A stretch of 64,000 nt of DNA, from IMG/VR virus record IMGVR_UViG_3300032007_000001; one strand, written 5' to 3'. Below, one piece after another: positions 50,367 through 59,124 of this stretch. Under the pieces are notes generated by a model, which had not been told where the DNA came from, made no database searches, and worked only from the letters and a program-made list of their open reading frames with translations. Made by a program: the position numbers and the translations under genes. The first letter of the stretch is position 1, and every line of letters starts with the position of its first letter. The DNA comes from a virus (taxonomy: Duplodnaviria; Caudoviricetes).

Positions 50367-51269
50367 ATGAAATCAGATTGTTTATATGGTCATAAAATAA
50401 CTGTTGGATATAATTGCAAAGGTCAAGATTTTTTTGATATATTATCTTTTTATAAGAAATATATAGAAGAATTCTATTTTTCTTTTAGGCATACTATGCC
50501 CAAAACACCATTAGATTTAAGTATTATTTATAATCAATTAAAAGATTCAGAACAATATGATATTCCTTCTAATTTGTTATTAAATACAGAACAAGAAGAA
50601 TTGGAATGGGAATATCTTATTAATAAAGCTTATGAATGTACAAAATTGCAAGCTGTGTCTGTATTAAATATAAAAACTGCTAAAATTATAAAAGAAAAAT
50701 TTCCAAATATAAAAATTCACATATCTACTCATGGTGCGCAATATATTGATATTAAAGAATTAGATAAAAACTTAATTTATTGTGTTAATGTGAATGAACC
50801 GGCAATTTATACAGAACAACAACAAAATGTTATTAAAAAATGTAAAAAAATTGGAATTAAACTTAAGCATATAACTAATAGAGGCTGTATTTTTAATAAA
50901 CACGATTTTATGTCTCGTTTAACTGGGAAAAATATAATGTGTTGCAATGGATATCAATGCAAAAAAATATTGAAAGATTATCCATGGGTAGATTTAATTA
51001 GAACGAATTTATATAAAGAACAATTAAAATATCTTAATTTTGATTTTATTAAACTTTCTACTAGGGAAAGAACAAATGAAGAAATTAGTATGATGCTTAA
51101 ATATTGGACAAATCCAAAAATATCTACTGCTCATTTGTCGAATATTTATATATCAGAAAATAAATATCCAATTTTCTTAGAATGGTGTAAACAAAGATTT
51201 ATTTGTAATGGAAATTGCATAACTTGTAATATATGTAAAGAATACTATAAAAAATTAAAAGAAAATTAA
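50367..51269 (+). CDS. Peptidase U32-like Fe-S protein
   Basis: I...FP.I.IHIST, N.GC, KLSTR, C-terminal C...C..C..C. Confidence 0.65.
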   Translation: MKSDCLYGHKITVGYNCKGQDFFDILSFYKKYIEEFYFSFRHTMPKTPLDLSIIYNQLKDSEQYDIPSNLLLNTEQEELEWEYLINKAYECTKLQAVSVLNIKTAKIIKEKFPNIKIHISTHGAQYIDIKELDKNLIYCVNVNEPAIYTEQQQNVIKKCKKIGIKLKHITNRGCIFNKHDFMSRLTGKNIMCCNGYQCKKILKDYPWVDLIRTNLYKEQLKYLNFDFIKLSTRERTNEEISMMLKYWTNPKISTAHLSNIYISENKYPIFLEWCKQRFICNGNCITCNICKEYYKKLKEN

Positions 51270-51301
51270 ATCATAAATATTGTTATACGTTAAGAGGGAT
51301 T

Positions 51302-52207
51302 ATGATGTATAATTATATAAATGAAATTGATAATGATTCTATAGTAGATAGAATAATAAAAATATCAAATAATACTAATGTTCATTTGTATGATACACCA
51401 GTCACTGTTAAAATAGAGTTGACTGGTGTTTGTACTTTGGGATGCGTTTTTTGTTTTAATCAAATTATGAAGAAAAACAAAATAAGACAAAAAATGATGT
51501 CAGATAAAGAATTTGATATATGCCTTAAATATATTGGTAAAATACCAACAATAAAAGAAGTTGGATTATTTTATATGGGCGAATCGACTTTACATCCAAA
51601 ATTAGTAGAATACTATAAGAAAGTAAAAGAATTGGGATATTTTACATTTTTAACTACTAACGGAACGTATATAAAAGAATTAATAAAAGCTATCCCATAT
51701 ATAGACAGCTTAAAAGTATCTTTCAATTATATAAATGATAAAGATTTTTCAATAAAAACCGGTTTACCCAATAAGGTTTATTTTGATATAGTTGATAATA
51801 TATCAATATTAAAAAATGAATGTCATAAACAAGGCAAAAAACTATATGGTTCAACTGTGCTTGATTATAATGAACAAGACTATTTGAGTAATGAAGTTAT
51901 AAAAACTTTTGATGAACACTATTTCATTCCGTTGCAAAATCAAGGTGGACTTATAAATAAAGGAAAAGGCGGAGTTGTTGGAGAAAGTAAACATCAAGTA
52001 AAAACCATTCCATGTTGGTCTTTATTTAAGGGATTATATATAGATGTAGACTTAAATGTCAGAACATGTTGTTATGGACATACAAAAGAACATATATTAT
52101 TTAATTTAAGAGATTGTAATCGCGATTTGGAAAAATTATATAAAATCAGAAATCAACAATTATCGAAAAAAATACCAAATATTTGCAACAAATGCTTAAA
52201 AATATAA
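51302..52207 (+). CDS. Radical SAM enzyme 5 (twitch/SPASM)
   Basis: IELT..CTLGCVFC, GLFYMGES, TTNG, PCWSLF......D....CC, C..C. Confidence 0.85.
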   Translation: MMYNYINEIDNDSIVDRIIKISNNTNVHLYDTPVTVKIELTGVCTLGCVFCFNQIMKKNKIRQKMMSDKEFDICLKYIGKIPTIKEVGLFYMGESTLHPKLVEYYKKVKELGYFTFLTTNGTYIKELIKAIPYIDSLKVSFNYINDKDFSIKTGLPNKVYFDIVDNISILKNECHKQGKKLYGSTVLDYNEQDYLSNEVIKTFDEHYFIPLQNQGGLINKGKGGVVGESKHQVKTIPCWSLFKGLYIDVDLNVRTCCYGHTKEHILFNLRDCNRDLEKLYKIRNQQLSKKIPNICNKCLKI

Positions 52208-52212
52208 GCCAT

Positions 52213-52411
52213 GTCACCAAAATTAATAGTATTAGTTTATAATCAAAATGTAAATAAATGATATTTTATTATTGATATAAATTTGATTTAAAAAGCTGTA
52301 GGAGGAAACCTCATGGCAGTCGATTTAAGGCGTCTAGATGCCAATGGTCTTAATTATTATTTTAAAGAAGTTGGCTTATTATATGACCAAAAATATGTCT
52401 CTAAAGATGAA
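52213..52411 (+). repeat. Right copy of diverged direct repeat
   Basis: Matches 41272..41478, with the upstream hairpin degenerate. Confidence 0.85.
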
Positions 52412-52939
52412 AAAAGAGTAATCAATATTTATTTAAGTGGTAATACATTAATTATTCAATTTAGTGATGGTTCTACACAAGAAGTAGATGTAAAATATAG
52501 TGAAGCATCTAATGATGAATACGGACTTGTAAAATTATATTCCAGCGAAGGTAACAATACAGACGGCGCAATGTCGCAAAAAGCTATTACAGATTTGATA
52601 ACACAAAAAACATCTTCTGCTAGATATGGTGTTTGTTCAACAGCTGCTGAAACGGCAGCAAAAACAGTTGAATCGGCAGGACAATTTATTTTAGAAGCCG
52701 GTTCTAGAGTAACCATTAAATTTACAAATGTCAATACTGCAAATGCGCCAACATTAAATGTAAATAATACTGGTGCAAAATATATTTATGCTAATGGGCA
52801 TCAACTTACAGCAAATAGCAATTTGATAGTTGCTGGTGGCATATATGATTTTGTATATGATGGAACAAATTGGGAAATGCCAAATATTACAAATGTTCCA
52901 AAAGAATCTGGAATTATAGATTTCTATACAACTCCATAA
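52313..52939 (+). CDS. Tail-fibre protein (paralogous N-terminus to 41380)
   Basis: YGLVKLYS..G.NTDG.MSQKA; YG.CSTAA.TAAK.V....F.L..G..V..KFT..NTA..PTLNVN.TGAK.I ... YDGTNW. Confidence 0.75.
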   Translation: MAVDLRRLDANGLNYYFKEVGLLYDQKYVSKDEKRVINIYLSGNTLIIQFSDGSTQEVDVKYSEASNDEYGLVKLYSSEGNNTDGAMSQKAITDLITQKTSSARYGVCSTAAETAAKTVESAGQFILEAGSRVTIKFTNVNTANAPTLNVNNTGAKYIYANGHQLTANSNLIVAGGIYDFVYDGTNWEMPNITNVPKESGIIDFYTTP

Positions 52940-52956
52940 TAAAGAAGTGATAATTA

Positions 52957-53646
52957 ATGAAATTTTTAGGCACAACCGGCTTGGAAACACTTGCAAGATT
53001 GGCAAAACGAAAATTTGTTTCTGCTGATAATTTGAATATAGTATATGTTGCTATTGAAAACTCGAATTTGTTTGTTCCAAGAAATGAAAATGTATTTGTA
53101 GATGAATTATATTTTGATGAATCACTTCCAGATGAATGGTGTTTGCATTGTATAGAAAATGGCGTAACTTCTGGAGAAACAGATTCAAACGAAAGAATTT
53201 ACACAATACAATTTAGTCCAGATATAAGCGGACAATTAACGGTATCATATATTACTCCGTTCGTTCAACATTCTTATTACTATATCAAAGGTGTAAATAC
53301 TCATTATTCGATGGGTATGTCAACGTACGTTACAAATCAAGATATGGTTATTATAAGAATGTCTGTTCCAGCAAATGTTAGTTTTGAAACTGCTAAAAAA
53401 TACTTGGTAATAAGTATTTTTAACAACGAAGATAATAACAAATTGCCAGTTGAAATAAATGAATATTATGCTATTGATAGGCCAACAATAGATAGTATAA
53501 TACACAATTTATATGTCAATTCAGATTTAGATACATCTGCTGTAAATACTGGTGATATTGATGATATTATAGCAGAAACATATACAAACGGAGATATACA
53601 AACAAATATATTATCAGATGATGATGTAGATTTGATTTTGTCATAA
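52957..53646 (+). CDS. Tail-fibre-associated module protein
   Basis: MKFL...GL..L N-terminus, LP....L.C...G.TS module, IDxI repeats at the C-terminus. Confidence 0.55.
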   Translation: MKFLGTTGLETLARLAKRKFVSADNLNIVYVAIENSNLFVPRNENVFVDELYFDESLPDEWCLHCIENGVTSGETDSNERIYTIQFSPDISGQLTVSYITPFVQHSYYYIKGVNTHYSMGMSTYVTNQDMVIIRMSVPANVSFETAKKYLVISIFNNEDNNKLPVEINEYYAIDRPTIDSIIHNLYVNSDLDTSAVNTGDIDDIIAETYTNGDIQTNILSDDDVDLILS

Positions 53647-53804
53647 TTCATTATTAAAACCTCCCAAATTAAAAGAGAACTTAATTGTTCTCTTTTAATT
53701 TAGTGTGTTATCAATTTTATTTATATATTGAAACATAATAACGAAACAACAAATCAATATTATGTTTTTAGATGTTGATGTTCTATTTTATGGAAGGTGA
53801 AAAA

Positions 53805-55013
53805 ATGGAAATAATCAAAAGAGATTTTTGGATTGATGAAGATGAATTATCCGAAAGAGACGAAACAGATATGATTGTCATTCATCATACTGGTGGTGCA
53901 GATATTGACCCATCAGCAGAAGATATAAACGGCTGGCATGTAAATCAAGGTTGGGTCTGCATAGGATATCATTATGTAATATGTAAAGATGGGTCGATAG
54001 AAGAAGGAAGACCGGAATGGGCTGTCGGTAGTCACGCTTACGGAGAGAACAGTCATACTATTGGTATTCATCTTGGCGGAGATTTTAGCGAAGCTATGCC
54101 AACAGATGAGCAAATTGAGTCTTGTGCAGAACTGATTGCTCATTTATGCAAAAAATATGATATAGAAATTAATAGAGATAATATTGTTGGACATAGGGAT
54201 TTAATGTCAACTGATTGTCCTGGTGATAATTTATATGATTTAATTCCAACAATCATTCAAAAAGCAAATTGGTATAGTGGAGAAGATATTAAAGAAACAA
54301 ATGATGTTGCTGAAGCTATTGAAAAATCTCAAATCAACGTTGATGATATTGCCATTCTTACAAGAAAATACGAATCTTCAGGTAATCCAGCAACCGTTTC
54401 AACTGGTTACGGTGACCTTGGCGGTATTAGTTATGGAACATATCAATTTGCAAGCAATCTTGGGATAGTGGATAAGTTTGTAAATTGGCTTTGCAATTAT
54501 CCGGATGATGATTTTGCAAATTATGGTAGAGTATTAAAAGAACATAACGTTAATAGTGAAGAATTCATTAGTCAATGGAAAGAGCTTGGAGAAGTAGACC
54601 CTGGAAATTTTGGAATGTTGCAGGATGAATACGTTAAAAGCGTATATTTTGACAATGCAATAAATAGACTAAGAAATAATGGCTTAAATATTGAAAAACA
54701 TTCCAAGGCTTTAATGAACGTTGTAATGAGTCGCGCAATTCAAAATGGCGTTGGCGGATGTAATGAATTGTTTGCTATTGTATGCAATCAAATGGGACAC
54801 CCAAATCTTTCTTATATAGATGATGCTTATTTTGATAGAGAAATAATTGAAAAAATTTATGATTTCTTAATTGAAGAATGCGACAACGCGCAAGAAGACG
54901 ATAATGGAATTTATCGTTCGCCAAACGGGTTCTGCAATGGTTCACAAGGTGTAATTAATGGATTAAAGAATAGATTCATTAATGAAAAACAAGATGCAAT
55001 TGATTTATTGTAA
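53805..55013 (+). CDS. Endolysin: Amidase_2 domain plus lysozyme-like (YES...GG.SYG.YQ) domain
   Basis: IVIHHT, IGYHYVI..DG.IE.GR, GSHA.G.N, GHRD...TDCPG; KYESSG...VSTG.GD.GG.SYGTYQFAS. Confidence 0.85.
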   Translation: MEIIKRDFWIDEDELSERDETDMIVIHHTGGADIDPSAEDINGWHVNQGWVCIGYHYVICKDGSIEEGRPEWAVGSHAYGENSHTIGIHLGGDFSEAMPTDEQIESCAELIAHLCKKYDIEINRDNIVGHRDLMSTDCPGDNLYDLIPTIIQKANWYSGEDIKETNDVAEAIEKSQINVDDIAILTRKYESSGNPATVSTGYGDLGGISYGTYQFASNLGIVDKFVNWLCNYPDDDFANYGRVLKEHNVNSEEFISQWKELGEVDPGNFGMLQDEYVKSVYFDNAINRLRNNGLNIEKHSKALMNVVMSRAIQNGVGGCNELFAIVCNQMGHPNLSYIDDAYFDREIIEKIYDFLIEECDNAQEDDNGIYRSPNGFCNGSQGVINGLKNRFINEKQDAIDLL

Positions 55014-55047
55014 AACAAAAAGGTAGGATTTGTTCCTACCTTTTTTA

Positions 55048-55076
55048 TTTACAAATATTGAAAAACAATGTATAAT
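55048..55076 (+). promoter_or_regulatory. Sigma-A-type promoter TTTACA-17-TATAAT
   Basis: Directly after the endolysin terminator, upstream of RBS GGAGG/ATG 55096. Confidence 0.65.
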
Positions 55077-55095
55077 GTGTTCGGAGGCGACTAAC

Positions 55096-55584
55096 ATGAC
55101 ATATGACTCAGAAATAACAAGACGCAGAAATAGAGTAAATATAGATATTCTTGATAAAAAAACTGGATTAATTATATTTCGTCACAATGTATCAAAAGAA
55201 GCATTTGAAAAACACGAAAATGAAATTTTTGATACATTAAATAAAACGTTGGAAAAAAGAGAATTTTTAATTAATTCTTTAGAAAAAAAAGGTTTCAAAC
55301 GTGTAAGAAAAAATACGTATGAAATGAAAACAAAAATAAATAACAATAAATATAAAATCAATCAAAAAACAAGAATATGTTTGACAGTTATCAATCATGT
55401 AAGAAAAAAGACATCAATAAATCAGCAATATGATTATATGTTTGTTCAATTTTTGTTTGACGAAAACGTTTTATATAAAAAGACATATATATTCAAGGTA
55501 TCAGAAGAAGATATTTTAATAATGAATGAAAACGATTTATTTGAAAAATATCTTGAGATAGAAAAAATAAAAACCGGATTATGA
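55096..55584 (+). CDS. Hypothetical protein (ends TGL)
   Basis: ORF with RBS and promoter. Confidence 0.65.
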   Translation: MTYDSEITRRRNRVNIDILDKKTGLIIFRHNVSKEAFEKHENEIFDTLNKTLEKREFLINSLEKKGFKRVRKNTYEMKTKINNNKYKINQKTRICLTVINHVRKKTSINQQYDYMFVQFLFDENVLYKKTYIFKVSEEDILIMNENDLFEKYLEIEKIKTGL

Positions 55585-55595
55585 AAGTGACTCGT

Positions 55596-56582
55596 TCATT
55601 TGAGTCCCTTTTTTGATTTTTCGTACATATATAAATCTGGTCTAAATGGTCGATTGAATATTGGATATTCTTCATATAATTGATTACATATCTTACATTC
55701 ATCACAATGAAATTTATCACAATATAAAAGAGAATCTGGAATTACAGATGTATTTACGTCATAAATATTTTTATTTGCTGGGTCTATAAATAATTCGCTT
55801 AATTTGCAATCTTTTCTAGACGCATATATGTCAATAGGATGAAATATGCTTGAAATGTATTTTCTTGAACGAGTATTTAATTTATAAATATCTACATATT
55901 CATCTAAAATATTTAGCCATCTTGGCAAAACATAACATCTTTTCAAAATTTCGTTATTGTTAAGACAATTTCTTTTTGAGTAATTACATCCGCACGTCGA
56001 ATAATTTGTACATGTTATTGAACATGTTTCGTTAATTAACAATCTTATTTTGAATCCATTTTCTTTAAGCACTTTAAGAAATGGGATATTTCTGGCTGCG
56101 TCTCTTGGTGGATTTATATAATTGAATCCTTCATCATACCATTGTTTATAATGATTTAAGTTATAGTACGGTAAATTACAACTTGTAACTATTTCCAATT
56201 CCGGATAACGTTTTTTTATTGTTTTTGCAATTGTAAAATTTGTGGTTGCCATTCCATACAAATTATATTTTTCTATAGCGTTTGAAATTTTTTCAATAAT
56301 TTCTTGTAGTTCATTGTTGGTATATTTTATATAATAATCAATATCGTTACATAAAATTGTTATTCTTAAATCAGAATTTTTCGATTCTTCTAAAAAATTA
56401 ATGCAGTTTGTCTTATAATTTTCATGTTTTTGGTCATTACAGATTGTCATGAATGTATCTATTCCTGGACATTCTGTAAAAATATCGTGAATTAAGTTTT
56501 TTCTTTTTTCAGCTTCGTATAAAAAATCATTTATTTTATTTGTACCATTAAATCCTATAGCAAATTGTTTCATTGACTTCAT
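55596..56582 (-). CDS. Peptidase U32-like Fe-S protein 2
   Basis: IK..YP.LEI.TS, IN.PRD..RN...L, LL.NE.C...C, D.YKL..R, C....C..C..C. Confidence 0.7.
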   Translation of the reverse strand: MKSMKQFAIGFNGTNKINDFLYEAEKRKNLIHDIFTECPGIDTFMTICNDQKHENYKTNCINFLEESKNSDLRITILCNDIDYYIKYTNNELQEIIEKISNAIEKYNLYGMATTNFTIAKTIKKRYPELEIVTSCNLPYYNLNHYKQWYDEGFNYINPPRDAARNIPFLKVLKENGFKIRLLINETCSITCTNYSTCGCNYSKRNCLNNNEILKRCYVLPRWLNILDEYVDIYKLNTRSRKYISSIFHPIDIYASRKDCKLSELFIDPANKNIYDVNTSVIPDSLLYCDKFHCDECKICNQLYEEYPIFNRPFRPDLYMYEKSKKGLK

Positions 56583-56627
56583 CCTTTATATTCTTTGATT
56601 TATTCTATAAAAAATGAGGAGTGATTT

Positions 56628-57899
56628 TCACTCCTCATCAATGTTTTTTATGCCAAATGAATTAAAAAATGATATGTAGTTGTTTGTGCCGATTATTTCT
56701 GACAATTTCATATATTGCGGTGATTGAGTATTTTCGTATTTTTTCAATATATGAAAAGATTGACCATTGAATTTGCTAAACATAAAACGTTTCAATTCAT
56801 TTGGTACACTTTTATTGACTGCAATTGCGAACGTTTTTCTATCATTTTTAGGCATTTTTTCATACCATTCGTCAATCGCTTTTTGTGTATCGCGAACATA
56901 CTTATACACAATGTCAGCAACCTTTCTAATATTTTCTCTATATGCTTCTGGTACTTTTGATATAATATCATCAAAATAATCGTCTGCTATGGACTTCATT
57001 ATAATATTTGGTGCTGACACGAAAGAGAGAATTCTATGAACTTCTCTATATTCGTTGCATTTCATCTTATACATATTGCCGTCTACATATAATACCCAAC
57101 CTTCTTTTTCTTCGGCGTGGTAATTATCAATTGAATTTATGACTTCGTTAAACGTTCTATTTTCAACTTCTGTATGAGGAACGTTATATTTGTTTGCATA
57201 TTCAACCATTTCATTATATGTAAATTGTCTTCCAGTATATACATCTCTAATACCAATCAAACAAAGTTTTGTTTCGTTGTACTTAACAACTATTAAATTA
57301 TTTGGAGATATATATTCGAAAATGAAAGTTAGATTTGGATTTTCTTTTACCATATTTTGGTGATTAACGCTAGAATTAAAGATATCCAATCCGTCTTTTA
57401 GTTGTTGACTTTCTTTTGGGTCAATGGCTGAAGAACCAGTATAAAAAAATTGATTATTATACCAACGAGCTTGTTGCATGGACCCATCCAATTTATTTGA
57501 TATTTCAACCGTTTTTGCACATTTAATGTTATTGATTACATTTTCCATGCTCGTTTCTGGAATTTCATTTACATTAAAAAACTTTTTAAATGGACACAAT
57601 ACAATATTTTCGTTCTTTATATCAATAACCAAACTACGTAATTCACGATAAATGGAATTCGGATTTTCATATAAATCCGGTTGTTCTTTTCCGATAAGCG
57701 AATATTTAATTAAAGCAATGGAAGGAAACATTTCGTCATTTTGCGTAATCTTAACGCAATTGACAAAATGATTATATTCATCTTTATTCAATTGATGAAT
57801 CATATTCTTAAGATTATAAATTTCTTTTTCACCGAATGTATTGATATAATCTTTTTTTATTTTCATTATGAAATTGAATCCAATATTCCATTCAAACAC
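56628..57899 (-). CDS. RNA ligase, T4 Rnl1-like
   Basis: E.R.LV, PF.KFFN.NE, KLDGS, FEY, EGWV, KMK; GTG start. Confidence 0.85.
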   Translation of the reverse strand: MFEWNIGFNFIMKIKKDYINTFGEKEIYNLKNMIHQLNKDEYNHFVNCVKITQNDEMFPSIALIKYSLIGKEQPDLYENPNSIYRELRSLVIDIKNENIVLCPFKKFFNVNEIPETSMENVINNIKCAKTVEISNKLDGSMQQARWYNNQFFYTGSSAIDPKESQQLKDGLDIFNSSVNHQNMVKENPNLTFIFEYISPNNLIVVKYNETKLCLIGIRDVYTGRQFTYNEMVEYANKYNVPHTEVENRTFNEVINSIDNYHAEEKEGWVLYVDGNMYKMKCNEYREVHRILSFVSAPNIIMKSIADDYFDDIISKVPEAYRENIRKVADIVYKYVRDTQKAIDEWYEKMPKNDRKTFAIAVNKSVPNELKRFMFSKFNGQSFHILKKYENTQSPQYMKLSEIIGTNNYISFFNSFGIKNIDEE

Positions 57900-57917
57900 G
57901 TTTTTCACCTCAATGTA

Positions 57918-57946
57918 ATTATACCACAAATGAAATCATGTGTAAA
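57918..57946 (-). promoter_or_regulatory. Sigma-A-type early promoter TTTACA-17-TATAAT
   Basis: Seen directly upstream of the RNA ligase RBS. Confidence 0.7.
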
Positions 57947-57963
57947 TAAAAAAGAGAAGGTTT

Positions 57964-59124
57964 TTAAGCCTTCTCTTTGTTCATTTGAAAACCGAGCAAT
58001 GTTATTAGAAATCCAATTACTGTAAATCTAAAATCAAATGTTAAAAAATATCCAATTGGACAAATTGTACATGAAAGTAGCGTTACATAAAATAATCTTT
58101 TTTCATTAAATTTATTAAAAATAATCATTAAACTTGGCAAAACAATACATGCTCTTATTGTATTGTAAGATAAAAATGCTTGAGTAATATTAAAAATATC
58201 AAATAAGAATACAAAACATGCAAATGATAATGCTATTACCATTATAATTCTCGAAATGTTATCACTAAACTTAAATTCATTTTTTGCAAAACTCGCTATA
58301 GAAATTAAATTACTATCCAATGTAGATACCAATGCACAAAGAATAGCTACCAACATAACATGTTGTAATACGCCAGTATAATTATGCATTCCTAAAAATC
58401 CAACATATCCAAACATTAATGGTATTAACATAAATAAAAATGATGCTAACCCAAATGTTTTTACCAAATTTTCAGGTTGTATACTCCATGCGCGTTGCCA
58501 CATTGTTGAATCACTATATGGAGACGAAAGCAATCCCATTCCAGCTGTTATCCCAAACGTCATCCAAATTTCCATTGTTGATAATCCTTTATGACCAACC
58601 CAAGAAATATTTGCTAACGTTTCTGAATTTGTAGATGCAATACAAATTACAGCGGCACAAATAAATAAAATAATATATTTATATGAATCTGTAATAATAC
58701 TTGCTTTTAATCCATTTCTCCATACTAATAAAAGTGCTATTAATGAAATAAAGATACAATTGAAATATTTGTTTGGAATTAAATATTCCAATGCCGTACT
58801 AATTCCAACAATTTGAACGCATACAGACATTAATAAAATTACACAACTTACAAACAAATGAATTTTTTGTTGTCTTTGTGATGCATTTTTGAATCCGTCT
58901 ATTAATGTATATCCTTCTTTTGATTCTCTTATTCGTTTAATAACCAAACTAAATAAAAACATTGTCAATGTATTTGGAATTAAGAACATTAAAAATCCAG
59001 CAATACCATTATTATATGCCTGTGCACTAGAAATTAAAAGCGCTGGCGCCCAAATCCAAGTTGCAGCTAGACTTGATGCATATTGAAATAAATTACCGTC
59101 ATACCATCTGTAATAATTATTCAT
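57964..59124 (-). CDS. Sodium:solute symporter-like membrane transporter
   Basis: S.AATWIWAPAL..S...Y..G..G, GL.ASI.TD, WQRAWS, LVSTLDS; many TM segments. Confidence 0.75.
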   Translation of the reverse strand: MNNYYRWYDGNLFQYASSLAATWIWAPALLISSAQAYNNGIAGFLMFLIPNTLTMFLFSLVIKRIRESKEGYTLIDGFKNASQRQQKIHLFVSCVILLMSVCVQIVGISTALEYLIPNKYFNCIFISLIALLLVWRNGLKASIITDSYKYIILFICAAVICIASTNSETLANISWVGHKGLSTMEIWMTFGITAGMGLLSSPYSDSTMWQRAWSIQPENLVKTFGLASFLFMLIPLMFGYVGFLGMHNYTGVLQHVMLVAILCALVSTLDSNLISIASFAKNEFKFSDNISRIIMVIALSFACFVFLFDIFNITQAFLSYNTIRACIVLPSLMIIFNKFNEKRLFYVTLLSCTICPIGYFLTFDFRFTVIGFLITLLGFQMNKEKA

